Assembly: GCA_963836235.1 (NCBI GenBank)
Contig: CAWIIP010000005.1
Location: 96,001-160,000, forward strand
From: an uncultured Pseudomonadota bacterium
Lineage (GTDB): Bacteria > Oederibacteriota > Muellerivitia > Muellerivitales > Muellerivitaceae
Length of the DNA: 64,000 bases
Direction of reading: 5' to 3'
Shown one piece after another: positions 50,852 through 59,944 of this stretch (the first letter of the stretch is position 1; every line of letters starts with the position of its first letter). The notes under the pieces were generated by a model. It made no database searches, was not told where the DNA came from, and was given only the letters and a program-made list of their open reading frames with translations. The translations under genes were made by a program, and so were the position numbers.

Positions 50852-51268
50852 GTGAAAAAAATTCTCTTCCTTTGCGTAGCCAATTCGGCCCGAAGCCAAA
50901 TGGCCGAAGGATTAGCTAAGGCGATTTTGGGGGACAAGGCACTCATCCAAAGCGCCGGTTCCAAACCATCGAGAGTGAACCCTTTCGCCATTAAAGCCCT
51001 TGCTGAGATCGGAATCGACATTTCCCTCAACAGGTCCAAATCAGTGGATGAGATCGACCCTTCCACGGTGGACACGGTCATCACCCTTTGCGCCGAGGAG
51101 GAATGTCCGGTTTTTCTGGGCAAGGCGGAACGTCTTCATTGGGGCCTCCCCGATCCAGCCACCGATCATGGAACCGATGAGGAAAAGCTCATGAAATTTC
51201 GAGAGATTCGAGATGAAATAAAGAAAAGAATACAGAATCAATATTCCCATCTTCTTCAAAAAAGCTAA
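50852..51268 (+). CDS. arsC: Arsenate reductase, LMW-PTPase (thioredoxin) type
   Basis: [28 protein letters not shown]. Confidence 0.9.
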   Translation: MKKILFLCVANSARSQMAEGLAKAILGDKALIQSAGSKPSRVNPFAIKALAEIGIDISLNRSKSVDEIDPSTVDTVITLCAEEECPVFLGKAERLHWGLPDPATDHGTDEEKLMKFREIRDEIKKRIQNQYSHLLQKS

Positions 51269-51356
51269 GACCTTAAGCGAGTTTTTCTTGAATTGACCGG
51301 AACGAACCCTTCAGGGCGAGAATGGCCGCGCCATAGGTCGGGCGGCTTCCTGGTAT

Positions 51357-51686
51357 TTATCGCTTTGTTTTGGACATTGAAAAATCGCGGTTCGCCCGGA
51401 CCGTCTTCGCCTTGCCCGCCTTGAAATCCTCTAAATCCTTCAACATTTCCTTTTCTTCCCGGGGAGAAGCGGGTCGGAACTGCAGGGAAGAAGTGTGTTT
51501 CATGACGACATCATGGATTTCTCGGGCGATCTTATGGGCGTGGGTGTTTTGCCCCAATTCCTCGTGGAGTGTTTTTTCGACCGCATGGTCGATAAAGGCG
51601 TTAACACTGCGGTATTTCAGCTTATGAACGGCGAATTTCTCAAGCAATTTCCGGTCCATCTTGGTGCGATAAGAAATGACGCTCAT
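51357..51686 (-). CDS. Putative RHH-type antitoxin/regulator (pair 1)
   Basis: N-terminal beta-helix-helix pattern (VISYR...SVNAFIDHAV); homologous to 60688..61005. Confidence 0.6.
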   Translation of the reverse strand: MSVISYRTKMDRKLLEKFAVHKLKYRSVNAFIDHAVEKTLHEELGQNTHAHKIAREIHDVVMKHTSSLQFRPASPREEKEMLKDLEDFKAGKAKTVRANRDFSMSKTKR

Positions 51687-51710
51687 CGAGACCCCCTTGG
51701 CTTCTTACCA

Positions 51711-51739
51711 ATTGTAGTCTCTTTGTAGTTCATTTTCAA
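51711..51739 (-). promoter_or_regulatory. sigma70 promoter with tandem ACTACAA repeats
   Basis: TTGAAA-N17-TACAAT; ACTACAA twice at 11-bp spacing. Confidence 0.6.
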
Positions 51740-51742
51740 CGT

Positions 51743-52009
51743 TTAACGCGAACTGAATTCGGTCACGTAAAGATGGATAAACTCGGCCCTTTCCTCCACC
51801 ACGATCACTTTGATAATAAAGGGAATATGGTGGTCGGAAACAAAGGTTTCCTTGCCGAACTCCCTGCGAAGCCTTCCCCATCCTTCGGGAGGGAAATCGA
51901 ACAGCTCTCGATAGTACCTTTGGGCCAGGCCCCCGAGCCTTTTATCCCCGCAAAGCCCTTCAAATTCATCAAAAGCGCTTTGTTTGAAATCGACTATTAC
52001 TTTTTTCAT
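51743..52009 (-). CDS. Putative RelE/ParE-like small toxin (pair 1)
   Basis: 88 aa; V.F...A..E N-terminus; FPPEGW motif shared with 61073..61336. Confidence 0.5.
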   Translation of the reverse strand: MKKVIVDFKQSAFDEFEGLCGDKRLGGLAQRYYRELFDFPPEGWGRLRREFGKETFVSDHHIPFIIKVIVVEERAEFIHLYVTEFSSR

Positions 52010-52046
52010 TCACAACTTCCAGTTTAAAACCAATACGATGACAATC

Positions 52047-52075
52047 ATTTTATGTATACGCTTGTATACCATCAA
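52047..52075 (-). promoter_or_regulatory. sigma70 promoter with tandem GTATACA repeats
   Basis: TTGATG-N17-TAAAAT; GTATACA twice in the spacer. Confidence 0.5.
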
Positions 52076-52127
52076 TCAAAAGACTGGTCAACAGTTTGAT
52101 GCTGTTATTTGTTCAGGGCTGAAAAGG

Positions 52128-53657
52128 TTATGAGAGTTTTTCTTGAATCGACCTAAACGAATTCTTCAACTCCGGATAGAGCTTACGAAACTCCGCATAC
52201 CAGCCGTTATAGACCTTCACATGTTTCGTCCGGGGGTGGGTGCGGCTAGCCACCCGTATCAACTTGGAACAGGCCGCCGGGACCGAGGGGTAAAGATGGG
52301 CACCCACCATGGCGAGAACGGCCGCCCCATAGGCCGGGCCTTCCTCGCTGTTCACGGTTACCACTTCTTCCCCGTAAATATCGGCTTGCAGTTGCCGCTG
52401 GAAGGGGTTTGCCGCCCCGCCACCGGTAGCTACCACCCGCCGGATGGGGACTTTCAATTCCCGGAAAATTTCCAAGGAATCTCTCATGCCGAAGATCATT
52501 CCCTCAAAGACCGCCCTGGCGAAATGTGCCCGTCCATGCCGGGCGCTGATGCCCACGAAAGCCCCGCGCGCGTAAGCGTCCTTATGGGGGGTTCTTTCAC
52601 CCATTAAGTAGGGGAGAAACAATAACCCCTCGCTTCCCTCAGGCGCCTTTTGTGCCTCATCACTCAGGGTGTTATAACCACCTCTCCCAGTCCTATTCCC
52701 CTGCTCCTTTTCATAAAGCCCCAGGCTGTCCCGGTACCACTGCAAAGAATAGCCCGCCGAAAGCATGACGCCCATGAGGTACCACTTTTTCGGCACACTG
52801 TGGCAAAAGCTGTGGACGCGAAGCTTCGGGTCCACCTTCACCTGATCGGTATGGGCGAAGAAAACGCCGGAAGTACCTAGGCTGGCCATGACATCCCCAG
52901 TTTGGATAATCCCGTTCCCCACCGCCCCGCAGGTATTGTCTGCCCCGCCGCCCACCACGGGCGTCCCCACCTTGAGCCCCAAGGCCTTGGCCGCATCAGG
53001 CGTCAAATGCCCGCAGATATCCTGGGATTCCACTACCTGGGGAAACCACAAGAGTGGAATGCCTAATTTGGTCAGGATTTCCTTCGACCATCGGCGGTTC
53101 TTCACGTCGAAATAAAGGGTGCCCGCGGCATCCGAAACCTCGGTGGCTAGAGCACCGGTCAGCTTGTAGCGCACATAATCCTTGGGCATGAGCACCTGGG
53201 CGATTTGGGCGTAAATCTTGGGCTCGTGCTTTTTGACCCAGAGGATTTTGGGCAAGGTAAAGCCCTCTAGCGCCGGGTTGGAAACCCATTTTCGAAGGCT
53301 GTTCTCTCCCACTTTGCGGGTGATTTCCAAGCATTCCGCATGGGTACGGGTATCGCACCAAAGAAGCGCCGGACGAAGGACTTTGCCCTTCTTATCCAGG
53401 AAAACCGAGGAATGCATTTGTCCTGAAAAACCAAGGCTTTTCACATCTTGGGGCCTAACCCTGGCCTTGCGGACGGCCCCAGAAATGGCCTGAAAAGCCG
53501 CCTTAACCCAGGTGTCCGGGTCTTGTTCCGCCCACCCTGGATGGGGTGTTAGAAGAGGATATTCGACCGTTACTTTGGAAAGTATCTTCCCCGCCTCCGA
53601 AACCACGATGGCCTTGGTGCCGGATGTTCCAATGTCACAACCGATTACATAGGACAT
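52128..53657 (-). CDS. xylB: Xylulokinase
   Basis: GCDIGTSGTK, FSGQMHS, LLWCDTR, GGADN, LPYLMGERTPH; same operon as xylA. Confidence 0.93.
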   Translation of the reverse strand: MSYVIGCDIGTSGTKAIVVSEAGKILSKVTVEYPLLTPHPGWAEQDPDTWVKAAFQAISGAVRKARVRPQDVKSLGFSGQMHSSVFLDKKGKVLRPALLWCDTRTHAECLEITRKVGENSLRKWVSNPALEGFTLPKILWVKKHEPKIYAQIAQVLMPKDYVRYKLTGALATEVSDAAGTLYFDVKNRRWSKEILTKLGIPLLWFPQVVESQDICGHLTPDAAKALGLKVGTPVVGGGADNTCGAVGNGIIQTGDVMASLGTSGVFFAHTDQVKVDPKLRVHSFCHSVPKKWYLMGVMLSAGYSLQWYRDSLGLYEKEQGNRTGRGGYNTLSDEAQKAPEGSEGLLFLPYLMGERTPHKDAYARGAFVGISARHGRAHFARAVFEGMIFGMRDSLEIFRELKVPIRRVVATGGGAANPFQRQLQADIYGEEVVTVNSEEGPAYGAAVLAMVGAHLYPSVPAACSKLIRVASRTHPRTKHVKVYNGWYAEFRKLYPELKNSFRSIQEKLS

Positions 53658-53733
53658 AACGCCTCCTTACTTCGACCAATTTGTGAACCCTAAGATTCAA
53701 TGTTACTCTTCAATTTAAAACTCATTAATTTAG

Positions 53734-54141
53734 TTATTTCGCTTTCCGACTAATGTGATGACATAGATATGGGGTTATTTGAGCGATCTCCTGTTTGTAT
53801 TTTTCATATTCTAAGGAACGAGTTTTCCTAACATCAGCGTCTGCGGGTCCTTTAGATGACGTCCAATCTCCTAAATGTGCCCGACAAACCCATTCTTTTT
53901 CCTGTGCTAGGTCCACCCATTTGGTATGCGGTTCATTGTAAAATTCATTAACCATTTCATAGTTCCGCATAGCATCTTTAAAATCCTTCAGCCCCCAAAA
54001 GTGCTCACCTTTTTCATAACAGACCTGGGCCTTATCCATTTTTTCATGATTAGTCTGATTAACTAAAAGCCAACCTCTAACCCCCACAATCAAAAGGATA
54101 ATAAAAACTCCTAATATTTTATTGATTCTTTTTATATTCAT
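53734..54141 (-). CDS. AT-rich hypothetical membrane-anchored protein
   Basis: N-terminal TM and TPR-like helices; visibly lower GC than the flanks. Confidence 0.55.
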   Translation of the reverse strand: MNIKRINKILGVFIILLIVGVRGWLLVNQTNHEKMDKAQVCYEKGEHFWGLKDFKDAMRNYEMVNEFYNEPHTKWVDLAQEKEWVCRAHLGDWTSSKGPADADVRKTRSLEYEKYKQEIAQITPYLCHHISRKAK

Positions 54142-54204
54142 TTATTGCAACCTTAAATCTGAATAAATCACCGCCACAGACTAGAGCCTCAACTTCAAAC
54201 CCCT

Positions 54205-55290
54205 TCAACTTTTGACGATTAAAATATCCGGCCTCAGGTATTCCTTCCCCTCATACTTCACCTTCACCATAGGCCAGTGGGGCGTTGGGGTTAAAAGCTC
54301 CAGCCCTTTCCCCGTCAACAAAACCGTATCTTCGCTTTTGGTACCGGTGATGGAAGGGTTCCAGGCCAAAGCTTGGTTCTCCACCAGCCGATGGGAACAA
54401 TCTGGGGTGGCCAGGTAATCCCTTGTCTCGTAGCCCGTAGGCCCGCCCTGGTGGTGTTTTTTCCACTCACCCGGAAAACCCTGGGCCGCATATTCCGAAA
54501 CCCCCGCCTCAAACACTTCCTTGGCTTCCACCCCCGGCCGGCTTTTGGCCCACATGGCGCATTCCACCCTCAGGCAGGCCTCGTGACGCCACCTCAACTC
54601 CGCCGATATTGGCCCGAAATGGACAATTCGGGTAAGGTTGGCGATCAGTCCGTAGCCCTTGGCACAAATGACCATCATGACGGTCTTCGCAATCTTGCGG
54701 TTTGTCGGGAGGGGATGGCGGTAACGCTTGAGCCTTTCATCCGAGCCGACCAGGATGACCGTCGCCTCTAAACCCCGGCCTACCAGTTCCCGTGAAAGCT
54801 CGGCAGCTACCTGGTTTTCCCGCCAGCCCTTTCGAATCCGCTTACCAACCACCTCCATGGCCTCACCCGAAAGCTTCCCCACTTTCCGGTAACGTTGGAT
54901 TTCCTCCGGCAACAGGCTCCAGCGCAGTTTCGCGATGTCTTCTTTGAGGGACGGCAACCCATAGGCCCCATCGTCCGAAACGGCCTTTTTAAAGGGAAAA
55001 TGGGGTGTTTCGTACCAGGGGTGGACCCGGTAGGTGAAGGGTAGGCCCTTGGCCTCCTCCTCTTGGAACCTCTTCTCCTCGATGGAATTACACCAAAGTT
55101 CCACGGCCTTGGGGGTCACCCAAAGGGAGGCCACCCCCTTTTCCACGTCGGAACGGATGTGGTTGGTGCGCCCCCCGGTCAGCCAGGAGAAATTGGCCCG
55201 GCTGGAAAGCAGGACACCTTGAAGGAAACGGGCTTTGAGGAAGCCCCGAAGGCGCTGAAGTTTTTCTTTTAATTCAAGGCTGGAAGCCAT
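54205..55290 (-). CDS. M24-family (Xaa-Pro peptidase fold) protein
   Basis: YRHP, HHQGGPTGY, AWNPSITGTKSEDT. Confidence 0.82.
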   Translation of the reverse strand: MASSLELKEKLQRLRGFLKARFLQGVLLSSRANFSWLTGGRTNHIRSDVEKGVASLWVTPKAVELWCNSIEEKRFQEEEAKGLPFTYRVHPWYETPHFPFKKAVSDDGAYGLPSLKEDIAKLRWSLLPEEIQRYRKVGKLSGEAMEVVGKRIRKGWRENQVAAELSRELVGRGLEATVILVGSDERLKRYRHPLPTNRKIAKTVMMVICAKGYGLIANLTRIVHFGPISAELRWRHEACLRVECAMWAKSRPGVEAKEVFEAGVSEYAAQGFPGEWKKHHQGGPTGYETRDYLATPDCSHRLVENQALAWNPSITGTKSEDTVLLTGKGLELLTPTPHWPMVKVKYEGKEYLRPDILIVKS

Positions 55291-55298
55291 AAACCCTC

Positions 55299-55415
55299 TT
55301 GAACCACCAAGTTCACCAAGGACACCAAGAAAGGCAAATTGAACTTTTCTTAAATCAAAGAATGTTTTTTTGTCGTTCGTAGTTCTTGGTGAACTTGGTG
55401 CCCTTGGTGGTTCAA
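55299..55415. repeat. 117-bp inverted-repeat element built of 9-bp NNCACCAAG units
   Basis: TTGAACCACCAAG-TTCACCAAG-GACACCAAG ... CTTGGTGAA-CTTGGTGCC-CTTGGTGGTTCAA. Confidence 0.8.
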
Positions 55416-55419
55416 ACTC

Positions 55420-56709
55420 TTATTTTTTAAAATATTTCTCATTAATTTCTTTGGTGATCGCCGGGACGACTTCCGCTACCGTCTTTTCACCCAGCCAAAC
55501 CTTGTCCATGGCGGGACCCAGTTCTCCAAAAAGAATTTCGCTCCAGTTTGAGATGAAGGGCTGGAAATGAGAATAGTTCGGCATATCCAACAAGATGGCC
55601 TTATGTTCCGCCCCTGGGGCCTTGAGGAAAACATCCGATTGGGCCAGTTTGATGAGAGCGGGTTGGATCATGCCGTTGGTGGTCAATTGGGAGACCGAGG
55701 CCTCGCTGGCCAGTTCCTTGACGACGATCCAAGCTAGGTCTTTGTTTTTCGAGCTCTTAGACATGGCGTAACCCGACCCCCCAGTTCCCCATCCCTTGAC
55801 CCCTCCGGGCCCGGCGGGAAACTCCGCCACGTCAAAATCCAGGTTCTTCGCCAACAGAAAGCCAGGGGTCTGCCATATCCCCGAACAAAGCATCGCCGCC
55901 TCCCCGTTCATGAACATCTGCATTTGGCCCGTGCTGAAGTTGAAGGCATGGATCTGCGAGGGATCGGGCGAGACGTGGTATTTCTGGATCATGTCGCGGC
56001 GGAATTGGATGCCTTCCATGGCTTTTGGCTCGTCCAGGGTAAGCCGGGTAGGATGGTCCGTATCGTCCACCCAATTGCCCCCATTGGAGAAGACAAAGTT
56101 TTCATATTGAATATCATTGGCGTCGATAAAAGCCCATTGGGTTACATGGCCCGCCGCGTCCTTCTTCGTCAGCTTTTGACAGATGGAAAGGAAAGGCTCG
56201 GGCCAAGTCCAGCTTCCGTCCGGATAGGGCAGGCCCGCGTCCCGGAACATCTTGCGGTTGTAGAAAACCAGTCCCATTGGCGCCGTGTCCTGCGGCAGGG
56301 CGTAAACCTTGCCGCCCGGGCTGAAGCGAGTCAGTACACCCGGATAGTAGCCCTTCAAGTCCACCCCATCCTTCTGGACATAGGGTGTCAGATCCTCGAA
56401 AACATCCCTCAAATAAAGATCAACGAAGTTGTTAACTTCCACGTAGATCACGTCGGGGGCGTCGCCCCCAGCCAATTGAGTGGTGAGCTTTTGCTGGTAT
56501 TCGTTATAGGGGATGTTGTCGATTTGGATTTGGAGACCCGGATGACGCTTTTCAATGTCCGACACGACAGCGTGGAGCTTTTCGATCAGGACCGGGTCAG
56601 TCATGAACTGGGCCAGATGAATGGTGCTGCTTTCTTTTTTCATCAGACAGCCCGTATTCAGAACCAGAACCAACAAGGCCGGAATCCAGATCAACTGTTT
56701 CATTTTCAT
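55420..56709 (-). CDS. Sugar ABC transporter substrate-binding lipoprotein
   Basis: Lipobox-like NTGC; YQQKL..QLAGG.APDV, YALP, VFYNRKMF..AGL, WTW. Confidence 0.9.
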   Translation of the reverse strand: MKMKQLIWIPALLVLVLNTGCLMKKESSTIHLAQFMTDPVLIEKLHAVVSDIEKRHPGLQIQIDNIPYNEYQQKLTTQLAGGDAPDVIYVEVNNFVDLYLRDVFEDLTPYVQKDGVDLKGYYPGVLTRFSPGGKVYALPQDTAPMGLVFYNRKMFRDAGLPYPDGSWTWPEPFLSICQKLTKKDAAGHVTQWAFIDANDIQYENFVFSNGGNWVDDTDHPTRLTLDEPKAMEGIQFRRDMIQKYHVSPDPSQIHAFNFSTGQMQMFMNGEAAMLCSGIWQTPGFLLAKNLDFDVAEFPAGPGGVKGWGTGGSGYAMSKSSKNKDLAWIVVKELASEASVSQLTTNGMIQPALIKLAQSDVFLKAPGAEHKAILLDMPNYSHFQPFISNWSEILFGELGPAMDKVWLGEKTVAEVVPAITKEINEKYFKK

Positions 56710-56759
56710 GCCTTACGCCTCCTGTTTGGAAAAACAATAAAACTTAAAGCAAAGACTCT

Positions 56760-56877
56760 TTGAACCACGAAGACACAAAGAGCACCAAGGAAGACGAAAA
56801 TCCGATTGGATAAAAACAACTTTAATTCATTTCTGCTTTTCGATTTTCTTGGTGCCCTTTGTGCCTTCGTGGTTCAA
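56760..56877. repeat. 118-bp inverted-repeat element, same family as 55299..55415
   Basis: TTGAACCACGAAG-ACACAAAG-AGCACCAAG ... CTTGGTGCC-CTTTGTGC-CTTCGTGGTTCAA. Confidence 0.8.
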
Positions 56878-56894
56878 CAGTTTTTTCATAACCT

Positions 56895-57884
56895 TTACGC
56901 CGAGTCCCGGACGACCAAATGAGCTTTCAACTGCAACGTGCTGTGGACCTTTTCCTCACCCAAAATCTGGCGTATCAGTTTGTGCACGGCCTGTTTTCCT
57001 AATTCATGAAGGTCATAACCCATGGTGGTCAGGGAGGGCGTCACGAAGGCGGCCATTTCGATGTCGTCGAAACCAACTACCGCGAAAGCTCCTTCCTTTT
57101 TCTTCTGTTGCAGGGCTTTCAAGACACCGACTGCCATGCCGTCGTTCGCCGCGAAAATGGCGGTGGGGGGATGAGGCATTTCCAGGAACCTTTCTGCCGC
57201 GTCTTTTCCGGACTGAATATCATAATTTCCCTGTTGGATCAGGCTTTCGTCGAAGGCAATTCCGGCCTCCTTGAGCGCCTGGCGGTAGCCTTCTTGGCGG
57301 TCCGCCGAGTCGGTCATGTCGGTGCGCCCCGTGATGAAACCAATGCGTTTGTGACCCTTTTGGATCAGGTATTCGACGGCCTGCTTGCCTCCGTTGACAT
57401 TGTCGATGATGACGGCGGGCAGCATGTTCTCGAACCGCCGCTCGCTGGCCACCACCATGGGGAACTTGCGCTGCATGAGGGTTCGGATGAGGCCTTCCAT
57501 TTGAACCGAAGGCAGGAAAAACAGAAGGCCGTCCACCACCGGGGGTTCGGTCATGGTCCGGATAATTTCCCGCTCCTCAATTGTTCCGATGGGGAATGTC
57601 GCTAGTGTCAAAAGCTTGCCGTTACGCCGGGCTTCCTCTTCCATGCCCATAATGACCGACGCCACGTAGGGATTGAGCGAAGGCGTTACCACGCCCAAGA
57701 AACCCGTCTTGTGGGAAGCCGCCAGCCCCCGAGCGAATCGGTGGGGCCGGTACTGCATCTTCTCCATGATGCCCTTCACTCGTTGCTCGGTCTCGTACTT
57801 CACCGCCAGGCCGTTGAGCACCCGGGAGACAGTCGCCTTGGAAACCCCTGCCTTGACGGCGATTTGTTGAATCGTAACGGCCAT
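56895..57884 (-). CDS. LacI-family regulator (probable xylose operon repressor)
   Basis: TIQQIAVKAGVSKATVSRVLN, AIFAAND, VVGFDD..PSLTT. Confidence 0.93.
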   Translation of the reverse strand: MAVTIQQIAVKAGVSKATVSRVLNGLAVKYETEQRVKGIMEKMQYRPHRFARGLAASHKTGFLGVVTPSLNPYVASVIMGMEEEARRNGKLLTLATFPIGTIEEREIIRTMTEPPVVDGLLFFLPSVQMEGLIRTLMQRKFPMVVASERRFENMLPAVIIDNVNGGKQAVEYLIQKGHKRIGFITGRTDMTDSADRQEGYRQALKEAGIAFDESLIQQGNYDIQSGKDAAERFLEMPHPPTAIFAANDGMAVGVLKALQQKKKEGAFAVVGFDDIEMAAFVTPSLTTMGYDLHELGKQAVHKLIRQILGEEKVHSTLQLKAHLVVRDSA

Positions 57885-57912
57885 ATTTCCCCTCCAGTAA
57901 GCTCAACTTCGA

Positions 57913-58013
57913 GTTTTAAGCTCGAAGTTTTTAGTCTTGAGTTGATGAAATTTTCAATCGAGCACCCGATGGAAAACTCCAAAACTCAGCACTTAGAACC
58001 AAAACTTAAAACT
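57913..58013. repeat. Inverted pair of degenerate 7-bp tandem arrays
   Basis: AGTTTTA AGCTCGA AGTTTTT AGTCTTG AGT ... AAACTCA GCACTTA GAACCAA AACTTAA AACT. Confidence 0.55.
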
Positions 58014-59184
58014 ATTTGTTAAGGACTCCCATAAGAAGTTCTTGAAACCTTTGGTCCAGTTCCTCATAAGGCAGGCGCTTCTTCGAAATGGCCATTGGGT
58101 CAAACACCTGCTTGCGCAATTGGCTGGCGCCTTCCGCCGTGAACCGGCCCATGATGGCTTCCAGCGCGGGTTCCGTGTTGTGAAGGCTTTTGAGGATTTG
58201 CTGTATCTTCTTGTCCGAGTTGAACTGTCTCACCTTGTCCCAAAGAATGAGATAGGTTCGCATGCTGCCTTCCACGAAATCCCAAACTCCCTTTTCATCC
58301 TCGCTGCGGTAGGGATGCTCGTCAAAGTTACGGGTGCCCGCCCAATGATTGTCCTCCAAAAGCTTGACCACAAAAAAAGTTTCCTTGAGGTCTTCAGAGC
58401 CGAAACGCAGGTCCTGGTCGAAGCGGTTGGGCTTTTGGGCCCCCAGGTCCACGTGGTAAAGCTTGCCGGCTTCCATGGCTTGGCCGAAATCATGGTAGGT
58501 GTTCAGCCCGGCCATGCGGGAATGCTCGATCTCCGGGTTGACGCCGACCATCTCCGGGTAATCCAGCGTTTCAATAAAGGCAAGCACGTGGCCCGCGGTA
58601 GCCAGAAAAATGTCTCCACGCGGTTCGTTGGGCTTGGGCTCAATGGCGAACTTGTAGTCGTAGCCCTGTTGGCGCGCGTAGGAGCAAAGATAGTTCATGC
58701 ATTCCCGGTACCGCTTGAGCGATTCCTCGGGGGTCTTGGAAGCATCTACTTCGGTTCCCTCCCGGCCACCCCAGAATACGTACACCTTGGCGCCCAACTC
58801 GGCTCCCAGGTCCATGTTTTTCATGACCTTCTGCAGGGCGAAAGCCCGGACCTTGGGATCGTGGCTGGTGAAGGCTCCGTCCTTGAAAACCCTGTGGAAA
58901 AAAAGATTGGTAGTAGCCATGGCACAGACGATCTTGTAATCCTTCATGGCCTTTTTGGTGTCCTTGATGATCTTGTTGCGCAGTTGGAGGGAGGCGCCAA
59001 AGGGAATCAGGTCGTCATCATGGAAATTGAACCCATAGACGTTGCGCTTGCCCAGTTCTTTGATGTTGGTAATAGGGTCCAGGCGGGCGCGGGTTTCCTC
59101 ACCGAAGGGGTCCCGTCCGCGATTAGCCGTCGTCCAAAGCCCGAAAGAGAACCGATGCTCTTTTTTGGGTGTAAAAGAACTCAT
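58012..59184 (-). CDS. xylA: Xylose isomerase (short class I type)
   Basis: FSFGLWT..GRDPFG, FHDDDL, WGGREG, IEPKPNEPRGDI, NPE..H, FDQDLRFG. Confidence 0.96.
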   Translation of the reverse strand: MSSFTPKKEHRFSFGLWTTANRGRDPFGEETRARLDPITNIKELGKRNVYGFNFHDDDLIPFGASLQLRNKIIKDTKKAMKDYKIVCAMATTNLFFHRVFKDGAFTSHDPKVRAFALQKVMKNMDLGAELGAKVYVFWGGREGTEVDASKTPEESLKRYRECMNYLCSYARQQGYDYKFAIEPKPNEPRGDIFLATAGHVLAFIETLDYPEMVGVNPEIEHSRMAGLNTYHDFGQAMEAGKLYHVDLGAQKPNRFDQDLRFGSEDLKETFFVVKLLEDNHWAGTRNFDEHPYRSEDEKGVWDFVEGSMRTYLILWDKVRQFNSDKKIQQILKSLHNTEPALEAIMGRFTAEGASQLRKQVFDPMAISKKRLPYEELDQRFQELLMGVLNK

Positions 59185-59225
59185 GAAAACCTCCGATAGT
59201 TGATATGTAACTTTTATGAAATTTG

Positions 59226-59241
59226 TTGCAACCGGTTTAAC
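59226..59241. promoter_or_regulatory. Putative LacI-type operator upstream of xylA
   Basis: TTGCAACCGGTTTAAC, near-palindromic with a central CG. Confidence 0.55.
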
Positions 59242-59359
59242 TTATCACGCATTTTTTTTAATTCAAGCAGGATAAAAGGGCTTTTTCTGGGGTTTTATTC
59301 GAGAAGAGTGGGATAGGTTGGCCCTTTGGGCGAACCCGGCCCCTTTTAGGAGATCGCGT

Positions 59360-59917
59360 CTATTCAGAAATGGGCTGGAAAGTTTTGAGGGCTGGATTAA
59401 CCATCTGGAAGGACTCAAAGAATTTTTTCATGAGTTTGAAGTCGAAGGTCTTGTCCGAAGTGGTGTAATCGAGGAAATAAAACCATTGGCGCACGAGGAA
59501 ATAGCGCCCTGCCGCCACCTGGTGGCCCGCCAAATCCACCAGCTTGAACTCGCAAGCGGGGGCATATTGGTACTTGAAGAAAAAACTGTAAGCCACCTGG
59601 GCTTTCATGTTGGCCGCGAGGCGGTTGATCATCATTCGCATGAAGGGTTCGGGGTTGGTGATCCTTTGGGGTTCCGTGTAATAGCCGAAGCCCACGCTAT
59701 AAAGCCGTCCGTCCGCGTCCGTGGCGCGCCATTCGTCACGTCCCTCGAGTTTTTGGAGCTTTACCGGTGTCGAGACGGAAAAAGACACCTCCGTCGGAAG
59801 CCGGAAAGTCACCCAGGGTTCTTCCCCACGCGCCTTACCCAATCCGAAGTTGAAAATTCCAAGGAAACAAAAAACGGCTAAAGCACCTCTGGCAAACAAT
59901 AGCGAAATTAGATTCAT
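59360..59917 (-). CDS. Hypothetical secreted protein
   Basis: Signal-peptide-like N-terminus from ATG 59917 (the longer ORF start lies inside the tRNA). Confidence 0.6.
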   Translation of the reverse strand: MNLISLLFARGALAVFCFLGIFNFGLGKARGEEPWVTFRLPTEVSFSVSTPVKLQKLEGRDEWRATDADGRLYSVGFGYYTEPQRITNPEPFMRMMINRLAANMKAQVAYSFFFKYQYAPACEFKLVDLAGHQVAAGRYFLVRQWFYFLDYTTSDKTFDFKLMKKFFESFQMVNPALKTFQPISE

Positions 59918-59944
59918 GGGTTTCCTAAAGAAGAGATCTAATTT

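Noticed and set aside
55299-56877. Repeats considered as a CRISPR array
   Set aside because: Inverted 9-bp units without unique spacers; no cas genes
58042-59199. 385-aa + strand ORF
   Set aside because: Antisense shadow of xylA, expected from GC-rich codon bias; no motifs
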